From Candidatus Rokuibacteriota bacterium (GTDB taxonomy: Bacteria > Methylomirabilota > Methylomirabilia > Rokubacteriales > CSP1-6): a stretch of 64,000 bases of DNA. Below are positions 36,551 to 45,467 of the stretch, in pieces. Position 1 is the first letter of the stretch. Each line of letters starts with the position of its first letter. The stretch covers positions 3,512 to 67,511 of the forward strand of contig VBPC01000164.1 of NCBI GenBank assembly GCA_005887895.1, given 5' to 3'. The notes beneath the pieces are model-generated. The model saw only the letters and a program-made list of their open reading frames with translations, did not search any database and was not told the DNA's origin. The position numbers were made by a program, and so were the translations under genes.

Positions 36551-38308
36551 TTATCTCTTCGAGATCAGGAAGCGGCCGAGCGCCAGATGCGGCAGGCCCG
36601 AGCGCTCGAAGGTGTCGACGGCGTCGGCCGGCGAGCCCACCAGCGGCTCGCCGTGCAGATTGAAGGAGGTGTTGAGCACGGCGCCGATGCCGGTGCGGCG
36701 CTCGAACTCGCGAATCACGCGGTGGTAACCGGGATTCCACGCCTCGTCCACGATGTGGGCCCGGGCGGTGCCGTCCTGGGGGTGGACGGCCGCCGTGATC
36801 TCGTCGCGCCGCTTGGGGTTCGTCGGAAAGGCCAACATCATATATGGCGACGCCAGCCCCTTGGGGTTGACGAGGTAGTCGGCCTCGCGCTCGCGGAGCA
36901 CGCTGGGCGCGAACGGCATCCAGAAGTCACGGTTCTTGATCATCCGGTTGATGATTCCGACCACGCGGTGGTCGGAGGGGTTGGCGAGGATCGAGCGGTT
37001 GCCGAGCGCCCGGGCGCCGAACTCCATCCGGCCCGCGCAGCGCGCCACCACGCCATCGGCGACGAGCAGGTCGGCGATGCGCTCCTCCATCCGCTCGGGC
37101 TCGCTCACGCGATGCCGGGCGGCCAGGTCGCGTCCGCGCACGAGCGCCTCGACCTCGGCGTCGTCGATCGAGGGACCGAGGTAGGCGGGGCCGAAGGGCG
37201 CCGGCTTGGCGGCCAGCCCCGCCCGCTCGCAGAGGGCGACGTAACCGAGATAGGCCGCCCCCACCGCGTTCGACTCGTCGCCACAGGAGGGAAACACGAA
37301 GAGGTCGCGCACCCACTCCTCGCCGGCCAGCAGCATGTTGGCCTTGACGTTCATGAACACGCCGCCGCCGAGCGCGAGCTGCTCGCCGCCGTAGCGACTG
37401 CGCATGAGTCGCGCCCACCGCACGAGCGTGTCCTCCACGATCTGCTGGGCGGCGCCGGCCACCGCGTCGAAGCGTGCCCCGAGCGCGGCCTCGAGCAGCA
37501 GGCGGTAGCGCGCCCCCCGCCGCCGCCAGGCGAACCGCGCGGGCGTGTCCTCGACGAGGCCGAAGACGTCGGCGAGGGCGGCGGTCGCGCGCTCCACGGC
37601 GCCGGCCGGCGCGTACGGCGCCAGGCCCATCACCTTGTATTCGTGCTCGCCGAACTTCATGCCGAGCAGCAACGTGACGAAGGAGTAGAACGACCCCAGC
37701 GAGCCGGGGGCGCTCGGCGTGGCCTCGTGACGCTGGAGCGCCGTGCCCCGTCCGCTGGAGGCCGTGGCGCACAGCCCGTCGCCGGAGTTGTCGTTGGTCA
37801 GCACGAGGGCCGGAGCGCCGGCGAAGGGCGAGCCGAAGTAGGCGGCGGCGGCGTGGCAGGCGTGGTGGTCGAGCGTCATCACCCGGCCGGCGCCGAGACC
37901 GAGGTGGCCGGTCACCAGCCCCAGCCGCTCGCTCTCCGAGAGCGTGAACTTGCCGCCGGCCGGCTCGCTCAGACCGAGGCGCGCGCCGAGCTTGCGCGCC
38001 CGGCGGGCGAGGCCGCCGCGCGGCTCGGCCAGCCGCACGCCGTAGTACTGGCGCGCGTAGGCGGCGTCGTGCAGCACGCGGTTCATCCACTCGCGCGCGT
38101 AGGCGTGGCGACCGGCCAAGGCCACGCAGTCGACCTGGTCGGCGCGGAGCCCGACCTCGCGCAGCAGCGCGTCGATCGCCAGCCGCGGATAGCCGGCGTC
38201 GTTCTTGAGGCGGGTGAAGCGCTCTTCGGAGGCGCAGCCGACGACGGCGCCGTCGCGGAGGATCGCGGCGGTGGCGCAGTGAGTCTCCGAGATGCCGAGG
38301 ACGATCAT
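36551..38308 (-). CDS. carbamoyltransferase (NodU/CmcH family)
   Basis: MIVLGISETHCATAAILRDG... and the C-terminal LNTSFNLHGEPLV. Confidence 0.9.
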   Translation of the reverse strand: MIVLGISETHCATAAILRDGAVVGCASEERFTRLKNDAGYPRLAIDALLREVGLRADQVDCVALAGRHAYAREWMNRVLHDAAYARQYYGVRLAEPRGGLARRARKLGARLGLSEPAGGKFTLSESERLGLVTGHLGLGAGRVMTLDHHACHAAAAYFGSPFAGAPALVLTNDNSGDGLCATASSGRGTALQRHEATPSAPGSLGSFYSFVTLLLGMKFGEHEYKVMGLAPYAPAGAVERATAALADVFGLVEDTPARFAWRRRGARYRLLLEAALGARFDAVAGAAQQIVEDTLVRWARLMRSRYGGEQLALGGGVFMNVKANMLLAGEEWVRDLFVFPSCGDESNAVGAAYLGYVALCERAGLAAKPAPFGPAYLGPSIDDAEVEALVRGRDLAARHRVSEPERMEERIADLLVADGVVARCAGRMEFGARALGNRSILANPSDHRVVGIINRMIKNRDFWMPFAPSVLREREADYLVNPKGLASPYMMLAFPTNPKRRDEITAAVHPQDGTARAHIVDEAWNPGYHRVIREFERRTGIGAVLNTSFNLHGEPLVGSPADAVDTFERSGLPHLALGRFLISKR

Positions 38309-38343
38309 GACCGGTCGATCTTAGCAGATCGACCGGTCATGAT
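38304..38343 (-). promoter_or_regulatory. perfect 17-bp inverted repeat (6-nt loop) that sequesters the carbamoyltransferase start codon and contains an 11-codon uORF
   Basis: Minus strand reads ATCATGACCGGTCGATC-TGCTAA-GATCGACCGGTCATGAT. uORF ATG 38340 ... TGA 38307-38305 encodes MTGRSAKIDRS. The main ATG is at 38308-38306 (ATGA overlap). Confidence 0.7.
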
Positions 38344-38350
38344 CCGTCGA

Positions 38351-38878
38351 CTAGGCCTTGGAGAGCGCGGCGATGATCGTCCGGCAGAACGCCGGGAGAT
38401 CGTCGGGCTTGCGGGACGTGATCAGGTTGCCGTCGACCACGACCTCGGCGTCCTGCCAGTCGGCCCCGGCCGCCTTCAGGTCGTCCTTGATCGAGAAGAA
38501 GGACGTCGCCTTGCGACCCTTGAGGACGTTGGCCGACACGAGCATCCAGCCGGCATGGCAGATCGCCGCCACGACCTTGCCCTGCTGGGCGGCCTCCCGC
38601 ACGAGACCGACCATCGCCTCGTGCCGCCGCATCATGTCCGGCGCATAGCCGCCCGGCACGATGACCGCGTCGAACTCGACGGCCTTCACCTGCTCGGCCT
38701 GCACGTCGACGTTCACCGGGTAGCCGTGCTTGGAGGTGTAGGACTTCGCGCCGCCGGCGCCGACCACCTTCACCTCGGCGCCTTCCTCCTTGAAGCGGTA
38801 GTACGGGACCCACAGCTCCATTTCCTGGTACATGTTCTCGGCGAGGATCGCGATGCGCTTGCCCTGGAGCTTCATCAT
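38351..38878 (-). CDS. DJ-1/PfpI family protein (type 1 glutamine amidotransferase-like)
   Basis: KRIAILAENMYQEMEL..., VIVPGG and the nucleophile elbow AAICHAGW. GGAGGA SD. Confidence 0.9.
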   Translation of the reverse strand: MMKLQGKRIAILAENMYQEMELWVPYYRFKEEGAEVKVVGAGGAKSYTSKHGYPVNVDVQAEQVKAVEFDAVIVPGGYAPDMMRRHEAMVGLVREAAQQGKVVAAICHAGWMLVSANVLKGRKATSFFSIKDDLKAAGADWQDAEVVVDGNLITSRKPDDLPAFCRTIIAALSKA

Positions 38879-38885
38879 TCCTCCT

Positions 38886-39047
38886 TCAGGATTTCTTCGA
38901 GGTCTTGGAGTAGAACGGCCCGACCAGCGGCCGCATGTCGCGGCTGCCGCACTCCGGACAGGCGGCGCCCCGGTCGTGCTCGCTCATGGACTGCGCGACC
39001 GACACTTCTTTCCGGCACCGGTCACAGAAGAACTCGTAGAGAGGCAT
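38886..39047 (-). CDS. FmdB family zinc-ribbon protein (53 aa)
   Basis: MPLYEFFCDRCRKEV...ACPECGS. GAGGAGGGAGG SD. Confidence 0.8.
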   Translation of the reverse strand: MPLYEFFCDRCRKEVSVAQSMSEHDRGAACPECGSRDMRPLVGPFYSKTSKKS

Positions 39048-39154
39048 GCCTCCCTCCTCTCGACGCGGGACGTTTGACGGGCGATCGGGGACTCCGAGAA
39101 GCCCAAGTCTACTCCGCCCGGGGGCGGGCGCAATCCCGACGGGGTGCCCGGGCC

Positions 39155-39598
39155 TCACGCGCCCGGATCGGCGGCGAGCTTGGCCGCCGCGATGCCGGCC
39201 AGCGCGCACGCCTCGTCCTTGTCCGAGACGTCGCCGGAGATCCCGACGGCGCCGATCACCGTCCCGCCGGCGTCGCGGACGAGCACGCCGCCGGCGGCCG
39301 GCACCACGCGGCCCTCCGACATGGCGTTGAGCGCGGCGAAGAACGCCTGCTGCTGCGGCCCCTGCTCGGCCACGCGCTTGGCCAGCGTGCGCGAGCCCAG
39401 CCCCATGCCGAGCGCGCCCCACGCCTTGCCGATCGCGATCTGCGGGCGAACGATGCCGGCGCCGTCCTCGCGCGCGAAGGCCTTCAGATGGCCGCCGGCA
39501 TCGAGCACGGCCACCGCGAGCGGCGCCAGGCCGAGCTCGCGACCCTTCTGGAGCGCGGCCTGCACGATGGTCGTGGCCTGCGGCAGGGTGAGGCTCAT
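39155..39598 (-). CDS. GlcG/HbpS-like heme-binding protein (DUF336)
   Basis: GGVLVRDAGGTVIGAVGISGDVSDKDEACA. ATGA overlap with the upstream pseudogene stop. Confidence 0.8.
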   Translation of the reverse strand: MSLTLPQATTIVQAALQKGRELGLAPLAVAVLDAGGHLKAFAREDGAGIVRPQIAIGKAWGALGMGLGSRTLAKRVAEQGPQQQAFFAALNAMSEGRVVPAAGGVLVRDAGGTVIGAVGISGDVSDKDEACALAGIAAAKLAADPGA

Positions 39599-40443
39599 CC
39601 CCGGAACACCTCCTCCAGCCAGTCCCACATGCAGGCGACCCCGATCGAGACGTTGTCGACCTGGCAGTGCTGATCGCCGCCCTCCTCGCGCGTGAAGACC
39701 TTGAACGTCTTGCGCGGTGAGCCGACGGCGTCGAAGCACTTCTGGGCGGTGGCGAGCGGAATCTGCGCGTCGCCCTCGCCGTGCACGAGCAGGAACAGGT
39801 GCTCCCATGGCACCGACAGCGACAGCGTCTCGCCGCGCGCGAGCCGCTCGAGGCGCTCCTTCCAGACCGCGTGATAGTCCCACTGGGCGCCGATCCGCGC
39901 GGGGTCGATCTCCGACCGCGCCGCGAGATACTCGAGGGCGGCCGTCGCGTAGTGCTCGGTACGCCCTTGAAGTACTGGATCTCCTTCGTCACGTCGAAGC
40001 CGTCGAAGAAGACGAGGGCGGGCGCGCGGCCTCCGCCACCCTCGGCGCGCACGTAGAGCGCGGGCAGGCTCGTCCCTTCGTACGGCACCTCGACCGGTTC
40101 GATGCGCGGCCGGCGCAGGCGGCCCGCCGCGTCGCGGAAGCAGTCGACGCCGCGGCGATACGCGGCCAGCCCGTCCGGACTCTTGGGCTGCAGGAAAGCG
40201 CTCGCCGACATGATAGTAGTGGGCGGCGCGCAGCCGGTACGCGGCCGCGCCGTCCGCCATCCGCGTCCACTCCGCGAACCACGCGCGATCGTCGCCGACC
40301 CGGTCGCGCAGCCGGAGGCCGACGCGATGCACCTCGCCGATCTCGCCGCCGCCCCAGGGGGCGCCGCCCAGCGGCAACAGCATCCCGTGCGACCAGCGAT
40401 GGTTGTCCGGGAAGTAAGCGAAGCGCAGGTCGTCGCCGCTCAT
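39595..40443 (-). pseudogene. alpha/beta hydrolase (2,6-dihydropseudooxynicotine hydrolase-like), degraded by two frameshifts and at least two internal deletions
   Basis: Three pieces are spread over two frames: N-terminal MSGDDLRFAYFPDNHRW...AAHYYH; middle SASAFLQPKSPDGLAAYRRGVDCF...ALVFFDGFDVTKEIQYFKG; C-terminal EHYATAALEYLAARSEIDPARIG|AQWDYHAVW...LVHGEGDAQIP...GGDQHCQVDN. The GxSxG nucleophile segment is missing. Confidence 0.65.
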
Positions 40444-40451
40444 GGGGTCGG

Positions 40452-40457
40452 AGTCTA
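40452..40457 (-). promoter_or_regulatory. -10-like TAGACT, 8 nt upstream of ATG 40443
   Basis: Minus strand reads TAGACT-ccgacccc-ATG. A plus-strand TACAGT (40456-40461) overlaps it and could serve the divergent gene. Confidence 0.3.
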
Positions 40458-40488
40458 CAGTAAGATGAGCCACCCGAAGGAGGTCGCC

Positions 40489-41529
40489 ATGACGGACGCC
40501 CACCCTCTCTCGCGACGGACCGTGCTCAAGGCCACCGGCCTCGGCATCGCGCTCGGCGGGCTGGAGCCCGGCTCGGCGGCGCGCGCCCTCGCCCAGCCGA
40601 CAGCGGCGCCGGCGGCGGCCACGCCGTGGAGCGCCGAGTACTGGGCCAGCAAGGCCGGCGTCCGGCTCGCGCTCTTCCGCAAGCGACAGGGCGCGCCGAC
40701 GGCGGAAGCGTCGCCCCGACCCGTCCTCTTCCTCGTCCACGGCTCGTCGATCTCCGCGCGTCCGAGCTTCGACCTCGCCGTGCCCGGCGGCGGCGAGTAC
40801 TCGATGATGAACGTCTTCGCGGGCTGGGGCTACGACGTGTGGACGGTCGACCACGAGGGCTACGGCCGCTCCTCGCGGACCGAAGGCAACGCCGACATCG
40901 CCAGCGGCGTGGAGGACCTCAAGGCGGCGACCGAGGTCGTCGCGCGCGAGACCGGGCACGGGCGCTTCCATTTCTATGGCGGCTCCTCGGGGGCGCTGCG
41001 CGCCGCCGCGTTCGCCATGGTCCGTCCCGAGCGCGTCGACCGCCTGATCCTCGAGGCGTTCACGTGGACGGGCAAGGGCTCCCCCACGCTCGGCAAGCGC
41101 GCCGAGGCTCTCGAGTACTTCCGCACCCACAACCGCCGGCCGCGCGACCGCGACATGATCCGCAGCATCTTCACGCGCGACAAGCCCGGCACCTCCGACC
41201 CGGCCGTGGCCGAGGCGCTGGCCGACGCCGAGCTGGTCTTCGGCGACACGATCCCGACCGGCACCTACCTCGACATGACGGCCAACCTGCCGGTCGTCGA
41301 TCCCGCCCGCGTGCAGGCGCCGGTGCTCATCGTGCGCGGCGAGCACGACGGGATCGCGACCGAGGAGGACGTCGTCGCGTTCTTCTCGCGGCTGCCGAAC
41401 GCCGATCGCCAGCTCGTGATCCTGGCCGGCGCCTCGCACGCGACCGCGCTCGGCTTCAACCGGCGTCAGCTCTGGCACGCGATGCGCGCGTTCCTCGAGA
41501 TGCCGGAGCGCCTCGACCGGCGCTCGTGA
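40489..41529 (+). CDS. Tat-exported alpha/beta hydrolase
   Basis: Twin-arginine signal SRRTVLKATGLGIALGG, LFLVHGSS and FYGGSSGAL (GxSxG). GAAGGAGG SD. Confidence 0.8.
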   Translation: MTDAHPLSRRTVLKATGLGIALGGLEPGSAARALAQPTAAPAAATPWSAEYWASKAGVRLALFRKRQGAPTAEASPRPVLFLVHGSSISARPSFDLAVPGGGEYSMMNVFAGWGYDVWTVDHEGYGRSSRTEGNADIASGVEDLKAATEVVARETGHGRFHFYGGSSGALRAAAFAMVRPERVDRLILEAFTWTGKGSPTLGKRAEALEYFRTHNRRPRDRDMIRSIFTRDKPGTSDPAVAEALADAELVFGDTIPTGTYLDMTANLPVVDPARVQAPVLIVRGEHDGIATEEDVVAFFSRLPNADRQLVILAGASHATALGFNRRQLWHAMRAFLEMPERLDRRS

Positions 41530-41623
41530 GACCCGCCGGGGCGTCGCTTGACAGGCTGCGCCGCGTCGGCCTACTGTCCGTCATTTCCTTCCGGTCGCTC
41601 ATGCCCGGAACGCGGAGGATGCC

Positions 41624-42895
41624 ATGACCAGTCGTCGAGACTTCGTGACCGTGACTCTGGCCGCCGTCGGCGGCGCCCTGGCGCCCCGCTGGGCGGGGGC
41701 GGCCCCCAAGGCGATGTCCGTCGTCCACGAGAGCTCGTTCATCAAGGCCTTCGACGACTTCTTCGTGCAGAAGCTCGCTCCCGAGTACGAGAAGCTGACC
41801 GGCATCAAGATCAATTACGAGCCGGTCAGCGTCGGCAGCATGCTGACGCGGCTGACCACGATCGTCGAGACCAAGGCCGGCCCGGAGATCGTCGCCACCG
41901 GCGTCAACTGGCCCTACCTCTTCGACGCCGGGCTGGTGGACGTCACCGACGTCGCCAACGAGGTGGGCAAGAAACTGGGCGGCTGGCACGACAACATCTA
42001 CGACGCCGTCGTCGTGAACCGGAAGTGGAAGGCGATCCCGTGGGGCAACATCGGCCAGCTCGAGGTCTACCGCACGGACTGGTTCAAGGAAGTCGGCGTG
42101 AACAAGTTCCCGGACACCCGGGAAGACCTCCTGGCGGCGGGGCGTCTGCTCAAGAAGAAGGGGCATCCCTTCGGCTTCGAGCTCGGCCACGGCTTCGGCG
42201 ACAACCACGGCTGGCTGTACCCGCTGCTGTGGTCGTACGGCGGCCGCGAGGTGGACAAGGACGGCAAGACCGTCCTCATCGACTCCAGCGAGACGGCCAA
42301 GGCCGTCGACTTCTGCCGCAAGTTCTACCAGGAGACGATGCTGGAGGACGTCCTCGGGTGGACGGACGTCAACAACAACCGGGCGTTTCTCGCCGAGCAG
42401 ATCTCGTGCACCAACAACGCCATGTCGATCCTGATCGTCGCCAAGCGTGACTTCCCGGAGATCGGCAAGGTCACGGATCACGGTCTCAACCCGCAGGGCC
42501 CCAAGGGCCGCTTTCACCTCTTCAACGTGCAGTCGCACGCCATCGCGGCCCATGCCCCCGATCAGGCGGCGGCCAAGGCGTTCCTGCGCTGGCTCTACGA
42601 CGACAAGCAGCTATCGGCGTGGCTGGTCGCCGGCGATGCGTACTACGCGCCATTCCTCCACGGCTACGACAACCACCCGATGTGGAATGCCGACCCGCGC
42701 TACCTGCCCTACAAGGACTGTCTGAGGACGTCTCGGCTCCACGCGTGGCCGGGGCCGGCCGGCCATCAGGCGTCGGAGAGCGTCGCCAAATACGTCCTCG
42801 TCGACATGTTCGCCAAGGCGTGCCGGGGCGATTCGACCAAGGACGTCATCGCCACCGCCGCCGCGCAACTGAAGCAGATCTACAAAGCGAAGTAG
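41624..42895 (+). CDS. ABC transporter substrate-binding protein (carbohydrate type, family 1), Tat signal
   Basis: MTSRRDFVTVTLAAVGGALAP. Family-1 SBP-like length and composition. GGAGGA SD. Confidence 0.8.
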   Translation: MTSRRDFVTVTLAAVGGALAPRWAGAAPKAMSVVHESSFIKAFDDFFVQKLAPEYEKLTGIKINYEPVSVGSMLTRLTTIVETKAGPEIVATGVNWPYLFDAGLVDVTDVANEVGKKLGGWHDNIYDAVVVNRKWKAIPWGNIGQLEVYRTDWFKEVGVNKFPDTREDLLAAGRLLKKKGHPFGFELGHGFGDNHGWLYPLLWSYGGREVDKDGKTVLIDSSETAKAVDFCRKFYQETMLEDVLGWTDVNNNRAFLAEQISCTNNAMSILIVAKRDFPEIGKVTDHGLNPQGPKGRFHLFNVQSHAIAAHAPDQAAAKAFLRWLYDDKQLSAWLVAGDAYYAPFLHGYDNHPMWNADPRYLPYKDCLRTSRLHAWPGPAGHQASESVAKYVLVDMFAKACRGDSTKDVIATAAAQLKQIYKAK

Positions 42896-42899
42896 CGCG

Positions 42900-43832
42900 A
42901 TGGCCGTCGGCCCCGCCTCGATCGCTCGGCCGGCCCCGGTCGCGGGCCGGCCGATCACCTTGCGCGGGCTGCTCGAGCGGGAGGGCGTCTTCAGCTGGAT
43001 CATGCTGACGCCCGGCGTGCTGTTCCTGCTCGCCTTCGTCGCCTACCCGTTCTTCTACGGGATCTTCCTGAGCCTCGAAGAGCACCCGGTCGCCCGCGCC
43101 GGCCGGTTCGTCGGGTTCGCTAACTTCGTCATCCTCGCCCACGATGGCGTGTTCTGGCAGGTGACGCGCAACACGTTCATGTACGTGGCCGTCACCACGG
43201 TGTTCAAGCTGCTCGGCGGGTTCGCCATGGCGCTCGTCATGAACCAGAGCTTCCGCGGCCGGAACCTGACGCGGGCGTTCCTGCTACTGCCCTTCATCGT
43301 GCCGACCGCGCTCTCCACCGTCGCCTGGATGTGGATCCTCGACCCGACGTTCAGCATCGTCAACTGGCTGCTGGTGCACGGCGGCGTCATCACCAGTGGC
43401 TACTCGTGGCTCGGCAACGCCTCGCTGGCCATGTGGTCGCTGATCGTCGTCAACACCTGGCGCGGCATGCCGTTCTACGGCATCACTCTGCTGGCCGGGC
43501 TGCAGACGATCTCGCCCGACCTCTACGAGGCCGCGGCCATCGACGGCGCCACCACGACGCAGCGGTTCCTCTACGTGACGTTGCCGGTCATCAAGCCGGT
43601 GCTGATCATCGTCACGATGTTCTCGGTGATCTTCACATTCGGCGACTTCCAGCTCATCTACGCCCTGACCCACGGCGGACCGGCCAACGCGACCCACGTG
43701 TTCTCGACGTGGGCGTTCGACATCGGCATGTCGGGCGGTCAGCTCGGCATGGGCGCCGCGGTGGCGCTGGCCATACTCCCGGCGCTGGTCGTGCTCATCG
43801 TCGGGCTGACGATCTACCTCCGGCGGGAGTGA
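42900..43832 (+). CDS. carbohydrate ABC transporter permease (MalF/UgpA-like)
   Basis: Six TM segments and EAA-type loop DLYEAAAIDGATTTQRFLYVTLP. Confidence 0.85.
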   Translation: MAVGPASIARPAPVAGRPITLRGLLEREGVFSWIMLTPGVLFLLAFVAYPFFYGIFLSLEEHPVARAGRFVGFANFVILAHDGVFWQVTRNTFMYVAVTTVFKLLGGFAMALVMNQSFRGRNLTRAFLLLPFIVPTALSTVAWMWILDPTFSIVNWLLVHGGVITSGYSWLGNASLAMWSLIVVNTWRGMPFYGITLLAGLQTISPDLYEAAAIDGATTTQRFLYVTLPVIKPVLIIVTMFSVIFTFGDFQLIYALTHGGPANATHVFSTWAFDIGMSGGQLGMGAAVALAILPALVVLIVGLTIYLRRE

Positions 43833-44677
43833 TGGTCGGCGGGCACGACCTCGCCACGCGGATCCGGCGGCTGTACCTGCCGCTGGCGGCGTTCCTCGTG
43901 TTGATGCTGTTTCCGTTCTACTGGATGCTGATCACCTCCATCAAGCCGAACCGTGAGCTGTACAACGCGCGGATCATGCCGCTGATCGTGCACCAGCCGA
44001 CGCTGAAGCACTACGTCGACCTGCTGACGGAGACGAACTTCCTCACCTGGACCTACAACACGATGCTGGTGGCCGTCGTCACCACCGCCGTGTCGGTCGT
44101 GCTCGGCACGATGATGGCCTACCCGCTGGCCCGGATGCGGTTCCCCGGCGCCGCCGTCGTGGCCATCGGCGTGGCCGCCACCTACCTGGTGCCGCAGCCG
44201 CTCCTCTTCATTCCGATGTCCGACATCATCAACCGGCTGGAGCTGGGCAACACGCTCACCGCCGTGATGCTCACCTACCCGACGCTGCTGATCCCGTTCT
44301 GCGCCTGGCTGCTCATGGGCTACTTCAAGAGCGTCCCTCGCGAGCTGGAGGAGGCGGCCCGCATCGACGGCGCCAGCCGGTTCCAGGCGATGGTCCGCAT
44401 CGTGCTGCCGCTCTGCACGCCGGGCCTGCTGTCGGCCGGCATCTTCGCCTTCACGCTGGCCCAGAACGAGTTCCTCTATGCGCTGATCTTCCTGGCCAAG
44501 AGTGAGGTGCGCACGGTGCCGGTCGGCGCCATCACGGAGCTGATCCGCGGCGACGTCTTCTACTGGGGTCAGTTGATGGCGGCGGCGCTGCTGGGCTCGG
44601 TGCCGGTCGCCATCATCTACTCGTTCTTCGTCGACTACTACGTGGCCGGCCTCACCGCCGGCGCCGTCAAGAATTAG
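43832..44677 (+). CDS. carbohydrate ABC transporter permease (MalG/UgpE-like)
   Basis: LFPFYWMLITSIKP and ELEEAARIDGASRFQAMVRIVLP. The start overlaps the upstream stop by 1 nt. Confidence 0.85.
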   Translation: MVGGHDLATRIRRLYLPLAAFLVLMLFPFYWMLITSIKPNRELYNARIMPLIVHQPTLKHYVDLLTETNFLTWTYNTMLVAVVTTAVSVVLGTMMAYPLARMRFPGAAVVAIGVAATYLVPQPLLFIPMSDIINRLELGNTLTAVMLTYPTLLIPFCAWLLMGYFKSVPRELEEAARIDGASRFQAMVRIVLPLCTPGLLSAGIFAFTLAQNEFLYALIFLAKSEVRTVPVGAITELIRGDVFYWGQLMAAALLGSVPVAIIYSFFVDYYVAGLTAGAVKN

Positions 44678-44690
44678 GAGGAGGATCACC

Positions 44691-45405
44691 ATGGCACGGT
44701 GGGACACGATCCAGGCCGACGGTCAGCCGAGGCGCGTGTACGTCGACGTTCCCGGCGGGGGCGGGGCGGCGCCCGGGGTCGTCGTGATCCAGCACGGGCC
44801 CGGCGTCGACCGCTTCATCGAGGACCGCGTCGAGCAACTGGCCCACCGCGGGTACGCGGCGGCCGCGCCGGACCTCTATCACCGCCAGCCCGCGGACGCC
44901 GGCGACATGATGACGCGCATGGGTCGGCTGCGCGATCGGGAGATCGTGAGCGACGTCGACGCGACGATCGCGCACCTGCGCCGGCTGCCCGACGCGCGCG
45001 TGGGCGATCTCGCGGTGCTCGGCTTCTGCATGGGCGGCCGCGTCACCTACATGCTGCGCCGGGGCGCGCCCGGCCGCCTGGCGGGCGGCCGGCGTCTTCT
45101 ACGGCGGCAACATCATGAAGCCGTGGGGCGACACGCCCACGCCGTTCGACCTCACGCGTGAGATCGCCTGCCCGCTGATCGGCTTCTTCGGCGCCGAGGA
45201 CGGCAATCCCTCGCCGGACGACGTGAAGAAGATCGACGCCGAGCTGACCAAGCACGGCAAGCCGCACGAGTTCCACACCTACGAGGGCGCCGGCCACGCG
45301 TTCCTGAACTTCACGAACGCCGAGCGGTACCGCGAGAAGCAGGGGGCCGATGCGTGGACGAAGATGCTCGCCTTCCTCGACCGTCACCTGACGCGGCGAT
45401 CGTGA
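44691..45405 (+). pseudogene. dienelactone hydrolase family protein interrupted by a single-nucleotide frameshift near 45055-45062
   Basis: The N-terminal part (to GFCMGGRVTYML, Cys nucleophile) is in one frame. The C-terminal part (AAGVFYGGNIMKPWGD...CPLIGFFGAEDG...GAGHAF) is in the +1 frame. AGGAGGAGGA SD. Confidence 0.75.
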
Positions 45406-45467
45406 CACCCGTCGCCGCGGCTGGCGCCGAGAAAGACCCTCGATCAGGCGACGGCGATCTTGGGGTG

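Noticed and set aside
38886-40211. 441-aa minus-strand ORF, and the 627-aa ORF 39595-41478.
   Set aside because: They are composites. Real coding is limited to the FmdB gene at the 3' end, a middle fragment of the hydrolase pseudogene, and, for 39595-41478, the pseudogene's N- and C-terminal pieces. The remainder is antisense to glcG or to the Tat hydrolase gene.
45406-45467. Possible terminator hairpin CCGTCGCC...GGCGACGG between the convergent DLH and rluA-family genes.
   Set aside because: It has only an 8-bp stem with a ~30-nt loop and no U-tract. That is too weak to call.
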